A program made the translations under genes and the position numbers. DNA of 64,000 nucleotides, taken from assembly GCA_012512925.1 (NCBI GenBank), contig JAAZDE010000010.1, positions 6,417 through 70,416 of the forward strand. The letters are read 5' to 3'. Origin of the DNA: Desulfuromonadaceae bacterium (GTDB lineage Bacteria > Desulfobacterota > Desulfuromonadia > Desulfuromonadales > JAAYDE01). The number at the start of each line of letters is the position of its first letter. Positions within the stretch are counted from its first letter, which is position 1. Shown one piece after another: positions 1 to 10,201 of the stretch. Under the pieces are notes generated by a model, which was not told the origin of the DNA, did not search any database, and saw only the letters and a program-made list of their open reading frames with translations.

Positions 1-1106
1 TAGCGGACCGGAATTCCCAGTTCCCCACCAACCGCGATGATCATGCCTCCCCGCGCCGTGCCATCAAGTTTGGTCAAAACCAGACCGGAGACATCCACCG
101 CTTCTTTGAAAAGCCGGGCCTGAATCAGGGAGTTCTGGCCGAGGGTTGCATCCAGCACCAGCAGCGTTTCATGGGGTGCGCCGGGAATTTCCCGATCTAC
201 AACCCGGCGGATTTTTTTGACCTCCTCCATCAGATTGACCTTGGTATGAAGGCGCCCCGCCGTATCGAGAATGACCACATCCGCCTGCCGGGCCAATGCC
301 GCCTTGACGGTGTCAAAGGCGACCCCGGCCGGATCAGCCCCGGGGCCGTGGCTGACGATGCCGGCGCCGGCACGCTCGGCCCAGATCCCCAGCTGTTCCG
401 CCGCCGCCGCCCGAAAGGTGTCGCAGGCTCCCAACAGCACCTTTTTCCCTTCGTTGTGTGCCAGTTGCCAGGCGAGCTTTCCGATGGTGGTGGTTTTGCC
501 GACCCCGTTGACGCCGATCACCATCAGCACAAAGGGGGATGCGGCGCCCAGATCGAGAGGGACCTCGCAACATCGAAGCCGCGTCTCAATTTCCTCCATC
601 AGGACACGCCGCAGAGCCGCCGGCCCCCGGATTTCACCTTGGGCAGAACGCTTCTGCAGCGCCTGCCGCAGGTCCAGAGAGGTCTTCATGCCGATATCGG
701 CACCGATCAGAATTTCCTCCAGTTCCTCCCACAGGTCATCGTCAATTCCATCCCCCCCCCGCAACAAATCATCGAGGCGGCTGACAAAATTTCCGCGGGT
801 TTTAGCGAGACCGGCCCGCATCCGGTCGATCATCGAGGGGGGCGGTGCTTCCGCCGCGGGAGGAACGACCTTCTCCTCCGGAACAGGCTCCTCTTCATGG
901 GGAAGAATAACTTCCGGAGCCCCTCTTCCTTTCCTGCTGGCGGTAATTTTAACCGAAACAACGATCAGCAGCACCAGTATCAGCGCCGCCAACACGGGAA
1001 GACCGTAATAAAGATAAGGGGTCACGAGGGAACGCCGCCCCTCTTCGAGCGCCAGCAGGTCGAGCAAAAAAACAATCAATTCATCATAACGGGCCAACCA
1101 GTCCAT
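1..1106 (-). CDS. ftsY: Signal recognition particle receptor FtsY (3' end cut by window edge)
   Basis: Absent from the ORF track because it runs off the window edge. Minus-strand translation from ATG 1106-1104 gives MDWLARYDEL..., a TM segment (LPVLAALILVLLIVVSV), the P-loop VLMVIGVNGVGKTTTIGKLA, DTAGRL and TKLDGTARGG. The start overlaps the upstream stop (TGATG). Confidence 0.9.
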   Translation of the reverse strand, partial: MDWLARYDELIVFLLDLLALEEGRRSLVTPYLYYGLPVLAALILVLLIVVSVKITASRKGRGAPEVILPHEEEPVPEEKVVPPAAEAPPPSMIDRMRAGLAKTRGNFVSRLDDLLRGGDGIDDDLWEELEEILIGADIGMKTSLDLRQALQKRSAQGEIRGPAALRRVLMEEIETRLRCCEVPLDLGAASPFVLMVIGVNGVGKTTTIGKLAWQLAHNEGKKVLLGACDTFRAAAAEQLGIWAERAGAGIVSHGPGADPAGVAFDTVKAALARQADVVILDTAGRLHTKVNLMEEVKKIRRVVDREIPGAPHETLLVLDATLGQNSLIQARLFKEAVDVSGLVLTKLDGTARGGMIIAVGGELGIPVR

Positions 1107-1468
1107 CAGTAGAGCTCCTTTTTCAGCGCCTGAGCGCAACGAACAGCCGCCAACCGCCCCCGTTCAGAGTTTTTCAGATCCACGGCATGCAAAAAGACCA
1201 GGAAATAATCCTCATCGACCGGGCAGACCAGAACCTGAAAACCTTCGCTGCCGATCTTCATTTCCTGCAGAACCGACTCCTCCAGACCAACGAGCAGCCG
1301 CTGAAAATGCTGACAGAGAATGACGGCGTGGGCGGCGATGACCTTAAGCCGGTAAGGCTCCATACGCCCCGCCATATCGACGACCTCCCCTTCGGAATCC
1401 ACAAGCAGGGCTCCGCACTCACCGGAAACCTGGTCCGTCAGGGGCACGAGAAATTTTTTAAAAGGCAT
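1106..1468 (-). CDS. Small roadblock/LC7 (MglB-like) domain protein, putative
   Basis: ORF 1106..1549 trimmed to ATG 1468 (MPFKKFLVPLTDQVSGECGALLVDSEGEVV...), 4 nt after the smc stop. About 120 aa. The alternating pattern resembles the Roadblock/LC7 fold (recognised by eye only). Confidence 0.5.
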   Translation of the reverse strand: MPFKKFLVPLTDQVSGECGALLVDSEGEVVDMAGRMEPYRLKVIAAHAVILCQHFQRLLVGLEESVLQEMKIGSEGFQVLVCPVDEDYFLVFLHAVDLKNSERGRLAAVRCAQALKKELY

Positions 1469-1472
1469 CAGT

Positions 1473-4400
1473 TCACCTGAAATCGTTGATGCGCACGGAA
1501 ACCACCTTGGAAACGCCCTGCTCTTCCATGGTGATCCCGTACAGGGCATCGCCGATCCCCATCGTCCTTTTGTTATGGGTAATGATAATAAACTGGGATT
1601 TTTCTGCCAATTCCTGAATCAGGCCGTTGTACCGGTCAGTGTTGGCGTCATCGAGGGGAGCATCGACCTCATCGAGAAGGCAGAATGGCGATGGTCGGAC
1701 CATGAAGGTGGCAAAAACCAAGGCGATGGCGGTCAACGCTTTCTCCCCCCCCGACAGCAAGCCAAGTTCCTGAAGGCGCTTCCCCGGCGGCTGGGCGGCA
1801 ATCTCCACTCCAGTCTCCAGCAGATTCCCTTCGTCGGTCAGCCGCAACTCCGCCTTGCCGCCCGAAAAAAGACGGGGGAAAACCTGCTGAAAGCGGGTGT
1901 TGATCTGGTCGAAGGCTTCCCGAAAGCGCCGGCAGGTGGTGCTGTTGATGCGGTTGATGGTGGTCTCCAGGTCGGACACCGAGGCAGTGAGATCTTTCTG
2001 CTGAGTGACAAGGAAGACGAGTCTTTCCTCCAGCGCCTGAAATTCCTCCAGCGCCGTCAGATTCACCTCACCGATGCTGTCCAGTTGACGCTGCAGTTCG
2101 AGGCGCCGCGCCTCCTGCCCTTCGTCGTCCCAATCATCCTCCTCATGTGCCGGGGAATGCTCCAGGTCACAACGAAAACGGTCCAAAGTGGCCCGTCGCA
2201 GATGCTCTTTCTCCAGGGACTTCTCCTGCAGCCGCAGCCGCAGACCATTGATTACCTCTCGTTCCCCGGCAACCGAGGCACGCAGGGACCGGAGATTCTC
2301 CTCGACCTCTCCCAGAATCCGGTGGTCTTCGGCGCCGGCGGCTTCCAGAGCGGCCAGCTTTCTTTCTTCCTCCTCGCGAAGAGGGGCCAGTTCCCGGCCG
2401 CGGGACTCTAGGGCCTCCCGCTCCGCCTCCAGCCGTTTCCTTTCCTTTTCGCCTTCCGCCAACCGTTCCCCAAGGTTCTGGAGACGCCCCGCCACATCGT
2501 CCCGAGTCTCACAGCAGGTTTCCAGACGTCTGACCATGGAGCGCCGGCGCTCCTGCTGGCTGGCCTGGCGGACTTTGTTCTGGGTGACAGCCTCGCGAAT
2601 GCGCTCCACCTCGCGGCGAAAATCTTCAAAATCATCCTGCGCCGACTGCAACTCCGCCTGAAGACTGTTTTTTTCTCCCTCCCGAGAGACGCCTTCCTGC
2701 AGGCTGTGGACCGATTCCTGCCGCAACCGCTCACTTTCTTCCCGCAGCTGTTGCTGCTCGAGATCAACCACTTCCAGACGGTCGCGAACCCGTTTCCTGG
2801 CATTGTCGAGATCGGCCAGGCGACGCTCCGCGCGACCTCCGGAATCCAGTTCGCTGCTCAGAGAATCGGCCAGTTCACGGCGGCTTTTCTCCAGCGCCGC
2901 GGCCTCCTCTTCAAATACCTGGCGCTGCTGCTCGAGGCGGGTGCGGGCCAGCTCACACTCGCGCAGGGAACCCTCCAACTCGCGCCTCATCCTCTTCCGG
3001 GTCAACACGCCGTTTCCGCCGCCCGAAGAAGTGCCTGTGACCATTTCCCCTCGCCAGGAAAGCACCTCCCCCTCCCGGCTCACCAGCGTCACTCCTGGCG
3101 GAATCCGGCCACCCAGAAAGGGGTCGAGACTGTCCACCAGATAGGCCCCCTCCACAAGGTTTTCCAGCATCCGCCGGTCGTCCCCATCGGCAGCCAGTAA
3201 CTCCCGCAAGGGAGCGCCACCCTCCCAGGAGTGGGGCCGACAGGCGACATCAAAAGAAAAACAGAGGCGATTCCTGGCGCCAAGTTTCCGGCTCCAGGCA
3301 AGAACCTCCTCCGGGGAAGCCTCCTTTTCCACGACCAGAGCATGGAGCCGTTCCCCCAAAAAGGACTCGAAAACGCGCTCCTCATCCTTGGGCACCATCA
3401 GGCAGTCGGCAACCCTTTTCCCCACTCCGGCCGGGAAGCTTTTATTTCCCTCCGTCCCTTCCCTGGTCCCACCGTCCATCTCCCGGAGGGCTTCCAGACG
3501 GGAACGAAACGCCGCATAATCCTCACGAAGGGCGGTCAGCGCCTCTCGGTTGGATGAAAAAAGCAGATTCACTTCCTTCTGCCGCTCGCTGAGGGCGGTT
3601 TCCTGCCGGGCCAGTTCCTCCCTTCGGGACTGGGCCGCCGCCAAGGATGCCGCCGCCGCATCGGCCTCGCGCTCCAGTTCCTCGGCCTTTTCCAGTTGCA
3701 GAACAGCATCCTCCCGGTTGCGCCGCAAACGTCCCTCCAGAATCTCCAGACGCCGCTCGGCCTCCTCGCGTTGATTGGCAAAACGGGAAATCTCATTGAG
3801 GCAGGAAAAAAGCTTCTCCCTGATGGCCGCCACCGACCGGAATTGACGCTGCTCCGCTTCCTGCAGGAAAGAGAGCTTATCGACGACGGATCGCAATTCC
3901 TTGTCTCCGATATCGATCTCTTCGTCAAGCAGTTGCAGATCGGCAGCCAGGGAGGCCTGCTCGTCATGGAGTTCCTTCTGCCGTTTCTCCAGTTCCTCCC
4001 GCTCCCGGGCGGTCCGCTCTCTGTCGTGAGTCAGACGCTCCACTTCGCGCCGGTTGAAATCGAGCCGCTGGCACCCCCGGTCGATATCGCCGACAAGTCG
4101 GAGCATGGCGCCGCGTGCCTGCTGGATCTCCTTATCCCTTTCCGACTGGCCGCTTTTCAGCGCCGCCAGCTCCTCTTCCCGACAGCGGATCTGCCGTTCC
4201 AGTTGCTCCAGGGCCGCCAGATACTGTTGTTCGGCGGCAAAAATCTCCCGCTCCTCCTCTTTGAGCCCCCGGAAGCGCCGTTGGGCGAAACCAATTTCGA
4301 TCGCCTTCAACTCCCGGCGACACTCCCGGAAGCGTTCGGCTTTCTGGGCCTGGCGCTTGAGAACGGACGACTGGCGCCGCACCTCGGCGATGACATCCTC

Positions 4401-4982
4401 CAGTCGGCTGAGGTTGAGACGGGCGGCCTCGATCTTGCGCAGCGCCGCTTTCTTGCGCACCTTGAACTTCATCACCCCGGCGGCGTCCTCGATCAGGTTT
4501 CGGCGCTCCTCGGGCCGGTCCTTGAGGATCGTTTCGATATTGCCCTGTTCGATGATGGAGTAGGATTTTGCGCCCACCCCGGTATCGAGAAAGAGTTCCT
4601 GAATGTCGGTCCGGCGGCAACGGCTCTTGTTGATGTAGTATTCGCTTTCGCCGTCCCGGAACAGCCTGCGGGTGACCATGATCTCGCCGCAGTCCCGGTA
4701 GGGCTCCGGAGCAATCCCGTCCTCGGCGGAAAACACCAGGGAAACCTCGGCCATTCCCAGTCCTTTGCGCGCCGCGCTCCCTTTGAAGATGACATCCTCC
4801 ATGGAGGAGCCACGCAGGCTTTTGGCGCTCTGCTCCCCCATGGCCCAGCGGATGGCGTCGAGAATGTTGCTCTTGCCGCAACCGTTGGGCCCGACGACGA
4901 CATTGACCCCCTCCTGGAAAGGGAGAGAGACCTTGTCAACGAAGGATTTAAAGCCGATAATATCTACCTGTTTGATTCGCAT
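1473..4982 (-). CDS. smc: Chromosome segregation protein SMC
   Basis: ORF 1473..5051 trimmed to ATG 4982 (MRIKQVDIIGFKSF...). Walker A GPNGCGKSN, a long E/R/L-rich coiled coil, signature LSGGEKALTAIAL and Walker B CLLDEVDAPLD. Confidence 0.93.
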   Translation of the reverse strand: MRIKQVDIIGFKSFVDKVSLPFQEGVNVVVGPNGCGKSNILDAIRWAMGEQSAKSLRGSSMEDVIFKGSAARKGLGMAEVSLVFSAEDGIAPEPYRDCGEIMVTRRLFRDGESEYYINKSRCRRTDIQELFLDTGVGAKSYSIIEQGNIETILKDRPEERRNLIEDAAGVMKFKVRKKAALRKIEAARLNLSRLEDVIAEVRRQSSVLKRQAQKAERFRECRRELKAIEIGFAQRRFRGLKEEEREIFAAEQQYLAALEQLERQIRCREEELAALKSGQSERDKEIQQARGAMLRLVGDIDRGCQRLDFNRREVERLTHDRERTAREREELEKRQKELHDEQASLAADLQLLDEEIDIGDKELRSVVDKLSFLQEAEQRQFRSVAAIREKLFSCLNEISRFANQREEAERRLEILEGRLRRNREDAVLQLEKAEELEREADAAAASLAAAQSRREELARQETALSERQKEVNLLFSSNREALTALREDYAAFRSRLEALREMDGGTREGTEGNKSFPAGVGKRVADCLMVPKDEERVFESFLGERLHALVVEKEASPEEVLAWSRKLGARNRLCFSFDVACRPHSWEGGAPLRELLAADGDDRRMLENLVEGAYLVDSLDPFLGGRIPPGVTLVSREGEVLSWRGEMVTGTSSGGGNGVLTRKRMRRELEGSLRECELARTRLEQQRQVFEEEAAALEKSRRELADSLSSELDSGGRAERRLADLDNARKRVRDRLEVVDLEQQQLREESERLRQESVHSLQEGVSREGEKNSLQAELQSAQDDFEDFRREVERIREAVTQNKVRQASQQERRRSMVRRLETCCETRDDVAGRLQNLGERLAEGEKERKRLEAEREALESRGRELAPLREEEERKLAALEAAGAEDHRILGEVEENLRSLRASVAGEREVINGLRLRLQEKSLEKEHLRRATLDRFRCDLEHSPAHEEDDWDDEGQEARRLELQRQLDSIGEVNLTALEEFQALEERLVFLVTQQKDLTASVSDLETTINRINSTTCRRFREAFDQINTRFQQVFPRLFSGGKAELRLTDEGNLLETGVEIAAQPPGKRLQELGLLSGGEKALTAIALVFATFMVRPSPFCLLDEVDAPLDDANTDRYNGLIQELAEKSQFIIITHNKRTMGIGDALYGITMEEQGVSKVVSVRINDFR

Positions 4983-5130
4983 CCGCGTCAGTCCGGCAGA
5001 TTCCCCGCCAACCTTGATGGACCTTTTTTGACAAACTGCCGAAAACGGCAAACCGGGAGAGAACCGCCTGCTTTAGGCTATAATAAACAATCTTTCCCGC
5101 GCACTATAAAAAATTACGGCCACCAACCCC

Positions 5131-8100
5131 ATGAAAAAAAGGTTTTCCTTTACCCGCTTGATGCTTTTTCTCCTGCTGCTGACGTTCGGCGCCGGTGCGG
5201 CGGCCTTCATTTATGTGTCCCGCGTCGACCTGCAACCTTACTTTCAGGAAGAACTGAGCAAGGCGCTGGGCCGCCCGGTAACCATAAACGAGGTCCGCCT
5301 CCGCTTTGTTCCCATGCCGGCCCTGGACTTCAAAGATATTGCCATCGAATCCCCCGGCGACCTGGTCGCCGCCATCCATGTCCCTCATCTTCACCTGCAA
5401 CCGGCGATCCTGCCGTTGCTTCGGGGGCAGCTTCTTTTCAATAAAATCACCCTGCAATCCCCGTCACTGCGAATCGACCTGGCCAACCTCGGCCAAGGGG
5501 AAAAATCGGTCGACCCGGAAGGGAAAAACGCAACTGGCGCCATCCGACTGGAAATCCTCCGTCTCCGCCAGGGAAACGTCACTCTCGTCCACAGCGGCGA
5601 CAACCGTTTTCCCACCCCCGTGATCTTCCCTAACGTCAACGGACGCCTGGTCATGAAGCGGGACCAGCCGCGAATATTGATGATAGACGGTGAAATCTCC
5701 AGGGAGGAATCACTGGTTCCCTTTTCCGGGGAGGTTTCGTGGGCCGACAACGACTCATGGCGCCAGGAAATGGTGACCGCACGCTTTCTTCTCAGCCGCC
5801 TTCCCGCTTCTGTTCTCACACGGCTGATTCCTCAAGGCGATCCCGGGCGCGCCACCGGGAATCTCGATCTCAGCCTCAAGGCCCGCGGCAGACCCGTGGA
5901 CGGGGTCGAAGTCAGTTTGAAACTGACAGGAGAAAATGCCGCCATTTCTTCCGCCATATTAGAACCGAACCCGCTTCCGATCAAAGTTGCCACCTTACAG
6001 ACACTGTGGACCAGCTCCAGCGAAAGGGAACTCTTTGCCGATCTCTCAATGCAATTCGAGGGCCCTGTTCTCACCGGTGCGGCGGAACTGGCCAAACGCC
6101 AGGAGGGGCTGTGGCTGAAGGCGGATCTGGCCTCTCCCCCGTTGACACTGGCCGAACTTCCCCTAGCGGCGGCAAAAACTTTGCCGATCCGCGGCAGGAT
6201 GGAGCTGAAATCCTGCCAGTTCGATGGCCCGGCCGCCGCCTTGCAAACGCTCCTCCATGACTTTTCCCCGCTCCGGGCCGAATTGCAATTCAGCGAAATC
6301 GAGGGCCAACTGCCGGGTGCGGGAAAGCTGGAAAAAGGGACGGCGATACTTCGTTTGGAAGGAAACCGCCTTCGCCTCGAGGAAGGACGTTTTTTGCTGG
6401 ATAATGACGCCGGTGAAATCTCCGCCGTCCTGGACGATCTTTTCCGGAAGGGACTGCCACTGAAACTGCAGGCAAGGGGAGCTCTTCCCCTCGCCCCCCT
6501 GTTATCCGCCATCCCCGCCGAAAGAAGAAAAGGGCTAGCCGCGAAAGGCTCATTCCCTTTCCACGCCCAAGGCGGCGGCAGCGGGGAATCTTTTAAAGTC
6601 CACCTGGACGGCGATCTCGCCGGACTGGTCAAACCCTTCTCCGACCTGGGAATCCTTGCCGCGGAGACCCCCGCGACCCTGGCCCTCACCTTTGACCTGA
6701 ACCGGCAGGCCTGGCTTCTGGAAAAAGGCTCCGTAATCTGCGGGGCGGTGACCCTCCAGGCCAGCGGCGACGGCAAGATCAATGACCCACGGGACTTCCG
6801 GCTCCGCTTTAACGTTCCCGCCCTGCCCCTTGACAAACTCGCCGGCACTCTGCCCAAACTGCAGCGCTGGAAACTGCGCGGCCGAGCCTTTCTGACGGCT
6901 TCCCTCAGCGGTACAAGGGAGGGACCACCCCATTTCAACGGTGAACTGCGCCTTGCCGAAGCCGGCCTGCATATCATTCCGATGCTCGCCGACCTCAACG
7001 GCATCAACGGAAGTTTTTTGATCACCCCGCAAGGGATCACCACGGATAAGGTGACCGGTCTTCTCGGCCAATCACCGCTGCAAATCGTCGCGGCATCGCT
7101 GGAGGATTTTTCCAGCCCCGTTCTGACCCTCCACGTCCAGGGACAGAAGGTGCGCGCCGATGAGCTGATCTTTCCTTCAGACCAGGCCTTCCTGTACGAT
7201 CTTGACGGAAGATTGAGAATCGACCGCCATGAACTCCGCTTCGAAAAAGTCGACGTCAGCCTCGCCCAAGGGACGAGGGCAACCGTGCGAGGCCATGTGC
7301 GCAACTTCAGGGAGCCGGAAACCTGGCTTCACATCACCTCCCGGGAAGCAGTGATCGATGAAGTCATCGCCCTCTGGCAACGCTCCGTTCCCAAGGCGAA
7401 GCAACCGCCCCGCCGCAAGGAAGTGGGGCTGCTCATCGATATGGAGGTGGCCAAAGGCGTCATCGACGGTTTCCATTTCAACAACGCCGTAGGACAGCTC
7501 CGCCTCAAGAACGGCAAAATCATCATTCACCCTCTCGACTTTCATGCCGGGCCGGGCTACGGCGTGGGTCAGGTCATTGTCGATCCACGTCCGGCGGGGC
7601 CCGCCCAGCTGAGAATTTCGGGACATGTCGAAAACCTGGACGCGGCAACCGTCAGCCGTCAGGTACTATCGGCAGAGAGTATCGCCACGGGCAGCTTAAG
7701 CGGTGACTTCTATTTGGAATGCCGGGCGGAAAAGGGGTTTCTCGCCTCCTCCCAAGGAAAATTCAACGGTGAGATCCGTAACGGAGTGTTAAAGGAATTC
7801 AAAACCCTGGCCAAGGTCTTCTCACTGCTCAACGTCTCCCAGCTCTTTTCCATGAAACTCCCCGACATGTCCCGCGAGGGAATGCCTTTCGACCGGATCA
7901 GCGCCACGGCCGACCTCAATCAGGGAATACTGACGTCGGAAAATCTGCTGGTGGACAGTACCTCGATGAAGCTCTCTCTGGTCGGAAATCTCGACCTGAA
8001 AAACGACCGGATCGACGCCGTCATGGGGATCAGACCGCTCGGCACCGTCGACACCGTGATGAGCCGCATCCCCATCGCCGGCTGGATTCTGGGCGGGGAA

Positions 8101-8289
8101 GAGAAGGCGCTGATAACGGCTCATTTCCAGTTCAGCGGGAACCGCGCCAATCCCACCGTCGATGCGATCCCGGTTTCCTCCCTGTCGGACAAAGCACTGG
8201 GAATCTTTCGCCGCATCCTCCAACTCCCCGGAAAGATGATCACCAATCCTCGGGAACTGATCGGCGGGCCGGAGAAAACCGGGCGTTGA
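5131..8289 (+). CDS. AsmA-family / YhdP-like large envelope protein
   Basis: 1052 aa. N-terminal signal anchor (LMLFLLLLTFGAGAAAF) followed by an AsmA-type N-domain. The C-terminus ...SRIPIAGWILGGEEKALITAHFQFSGNRANPTV is typical of AsmA2/YhdP-type ends. Confidence 0.7.
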   Translation: MKKRFSFTRLMLFLLLLTFGAGAAAFIYVSRVDLQPYFQEELSKALGRPVTINEVRLRFVPMPALDFKDIAIESPGDLVAAIHVPHLHLQPAILPLLRGQLLFNKITLQSPSLRIDLANLGQGEKSVDPEGKNATGAIRLEILRLRQGNVTLVHSGDNRFPTPVIFPNVNGRLVMKRDQPRILMIDGEISREESLVPFSGEVSWADNDSWRQEMVTARFLLSRLPASVLTRLIPQGDPGRATGNLDLSLKARGRPVDGVEVSLKLTGENAAISSAILEPNPLPIKVATLQTLWTSSSERELFADLSMQFEGPVLTGAAELAKRQEGLWLKADLASPPLTLAELPLAAAKTLPIRGRMELKSCQFDGPAAALQTLLHDFSPLRAELQFSEIEGQLPGAGKLEKGTAILRLEGNRLRLEEGRFLLDNDAGEISAVLDDLFRKGLPLKLQARGALPLAPLLSAIPAERRKGLAAKGSFPFHAQGGGSGESFKVHLDGDLAGLVKPFSDLGILAAETPATLALTFDLNRQAWLLEKGSVICGAVTLQASGDGKINDPRDFRLRFNVPALPLDKLAGTLPKLQRWKLRGRAFLTASLSGTREGPPHFNGELRLAEAGLHIIPMLADLNGINGSFLITPQGITTDKVTGLLGQSPLQIVAASLEDFSSPVLTLHVQGQKVRADELIFPSDQAFLYDLDGRLRIDRHELRFEKVDVSLAQGTRATVRGHVRNFREPETWLHITSREAVIDEVIALWQRSVPKAKQPPRRKEVGLLIDMEVAKGVIDGFHFNNAVGQLRLKNGKIIIHPLDFHAGPGYGVGQVIVDPRPAGPAQLRISGHVENLDAATVSRQVLSAESIATGSLSGDFYLECRAEKGFLASSQGKFNGEIRNGVLKEFKTLAKVFSLLNVSQLFSMKLPDMSREGMPFDRISATADLNQGILTSENLLVDSTSMKLSLVGNLDLKNDRIDAVMGIRPLGTVDTVMSRIPIAGWILGGEEKALITAHFQFSGNRANPTVDAIPVSSLSDKALGIFRRILQLPGKMITNPRELIGGPEKTGR

Positions 8290-8306
8290 CCGTCTTCCCC
8301 GGCCCG

Positions 8307-9014
8307 TCACTTCCCCCGAAAACCGCAATGGATGGTGACGATGCCGAAGGTCAACGGTACCTGGACGATATTTTCCAGACCGGCCTCCTCCATGAGCAGG
8401 CGGAATCGATCGGCAGTCGGGAAATCGGCCACCGAGCGGGGCAGATAGTGATAAGCGGCGCGGCTGGAGAAAAAACCTGCCAGCCAGGGAAGAAAATTCT
8501 GAAAATAGAAATGATAGATTGGGCGGAAAAGCCGATTCGTCGGCGTCGAAAATTCCAGCACCAGCAGTCTGCCACCGGGACGGAGCACCCGGCACAGTTC
8601 CTCCAGCCCGCGCCGGCGGTCGGAGACGTTGCGAATGCCAAAAGCGATGATCGCGGCGTCGAACGCCCCGTCTGGAAAGGGAATCTCCTCGCAGGAAGCA
8701 ATCACCGGACAGATCCGCTCCCGGTGGCCGGCGCGGTGAATCTTCTGCCGGGCAATTTTCAGCATTGCCGGGGAAAGGTCGGCGGCGACGATGACACCCC
8801 CCTCGGGATAGCGGCGAGCGGCCTGCAAAGCAATATCGGCGGTGCCGCTGGCCATGTCCAGAAGCCGTTCGCCAGGCTTGACATCCAGCCACAAAACAGC
8901 TTTCCTCCGCCACCAGCAGTCGATGCCGAAGGAAAGAAGACGATTGAGAAAATCGTAACGGGGGGCGATGCCGTCAAACATCCGCCGAATATCGTTGCCC
9001 TGGTTTTTATCCAT
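8307..9014 (-). CDS. ubiE: Demethylmenaquinone/ubiquinone C-methyltransferase (UbiE/MenG)
   Basis: ORF 8307..9194 trimmed to ATG 9014 (MDKNQGNDIRRMFDGIAPRYDFLN...). SAM motif LLDMASGTADIA. UbiE-like over the full length. Confidence 0.85.
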   Translation of the reverse strand: MDKNQGNDIRRMFDGIAPRYDFLNRLLSFGIDCWWRRKAVLWLDVKPGERLLDMASGTADIALQAARRYPEGGVIVAADLSPAMLKIARQKIHRAGHRERICPVIASCEEIPFPDGAFDAAIIAFGIRNVSDRRRGLEELCRVLRPGGRLLVLEFSTPTNRLFRPIYHFYFQNFLPWLAGFFSSRAAYHYLPRSVADFPTADRFRLLMEEAGLENIVQVPLTFGIVTIHCGFRGK

Positions 9015-9060
9015 TGATCCGAGACCGAAAAAGGATTTTACTATTCTGACTTTTGACCGG

Positions 9061-9465
9061 ATGAAAGGGAAAACAGACCCGATGCAGCCCCTTATCGTCA
9101 CCGCCGCCATACTGCGCAAGGATGGCCGGATTCTCATCACCCGCCGACCGGAAGGGAAGCCCCACGGGGGATTCTGGGAATTCCCCGGCGGCAAATTGGA
9201 AGAACACGAATCCCCTGAAGAGTGCCTGCAACGGGAAATCGTCGAAGAACTGTCTCTGGAAATCGATATCCGGGGAATTTTCGAGGTCGTCCATCACCGC
9301 TACGACTGGGGACCGGTGCTGATTCTGGCTTACGACTGCCTCCCCCGCGGCACCGCCATCCGCAACCTGGGGGTGGCCGAACACCGCTGGGTCTCTCTCG
9401 AGGAACTCCCCGGCTACCCGCTGCTTCCGGCCGACGTTCCGATCGTTAACAAGCTGACCGGCTGA
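9061..9465 (+). CDS. mutT: NUDIX hydrolase, MutT/NudG-like (d)NTP pyrophosphohydrolase
   Basis: ORF trimmed to ATG 9061 so it does not overlap the ubiE start. Nudix box GGKLEEHESPEECLQREIVEELSL. Confidence 0.75.
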   Translation: MKGKTDPMQPLIVTAAILRKDGRILITRRPEGKPHGGFWEFPGGKLEEHESPEECLQREIVEELSLEIDIRGIFEVVHHRYDWGPVLILAYDCLPRGTAIRNLGVAEHRWVSLEELPGYPLLPADVPIVNKLTG

Positions 9466-9480
9466 GCCGAACATCATCTT

Positions 9481-10140
9481 TCAGCCCTCCTCCAGCCGCA
9501 GGGTTCCAGGCGGCGCCAGAAAAGCCCGGGCCGGAGCCGCCTCGCAGGCGCCGATCCTCAGCGGCAGACAGATCAGATCGTAGATTCCCGGCGGTGCATT
9601 TCTCAGATCGAGCCCCTCCAGAATCCAGACCCCCGCCGCCAGAAGGGTGGCATGGACATCCTGCTCGGGGCGTGGCGAGCCGATGGAGAGATAGTCGATC
9701 CCTACCAGCCGCACTCCCTCCCGGATGAGCCAATCGGCCCCGTCGGAGGTAAGAAAAGTGTAATCATAGCGGAACTTTCCCTCATCCCAGAAGACCGAGT
9801 TACGAGTTTTGAAAAGCAACCTGCGGCACTCCGGTGCCAGTTTCCCCTTCAGAATATCCGCGCCGATTTGAACAATGTCACCGACTTCAACAACCTGCGC
9901 CGGGCCATTGGCGACAGCACAGGAGAAAGACTCGATCCCTGCGGCGTCAGGGAGAAAATGGCTGGGGGCGTCCAGATGGGTACCGGTGTGGGCGCAGAAG
10001 CTCAAGGCCGACACATTCGCCTCATCCCCGGCGGCAAGTTCCGCCACCCGGCTGATGGCAAAAGAAGGATCTCCCGGCCAGGCCACCAGACCTGGATGGA
10101 GCGTCACCGAGATGTCGATCCAGGGAGGAAATTGTGTCAT
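9481..10140 (-). CDS. Cyclase-family protein (kynurenine formamidase-like)
   Basis: Motif HxGTHxDxPxH present (CAHTGTHLDAPSHF). Start set at ATG 10140 (MTQFPPWIDIS...). Confidence 0.75.
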   Translation of the reverse strand: MTQFPPWIDISVTLHPGLVAWPGDPSFAISRVAELAAGDEANVSALSFCAHTGTHLDAPSHFLPDAAGIESFSCAVANGPAQVVEVGDIVQIGADILKGKLAPECRRLLFKTRNSVFWDEGKFRYDYTFLTSDGADWLIREGVRLVGIDYLSIGSPRPEQDVHATLLAAGVWILEGLDLRNAPPGIYDLICLPLRIGACEAAPARAFLAPPGTLRLEEG

Positions 10141-10201
10141 CTTCGATCCAGATGAAGGCGGCATGCCGCACCCCTTGCAATAGGCCCCTGATCCCCTTTT
10201 A

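Noticed and set aside
171-1112. 313-aa and 245-aa plus-strand ORFs at the left edge
   Set aside because: Their translations are R/P/G-rich and uninformative. The minus strand encodes an unmistakable FtsY (P-loop, DTAGR, TKLD).
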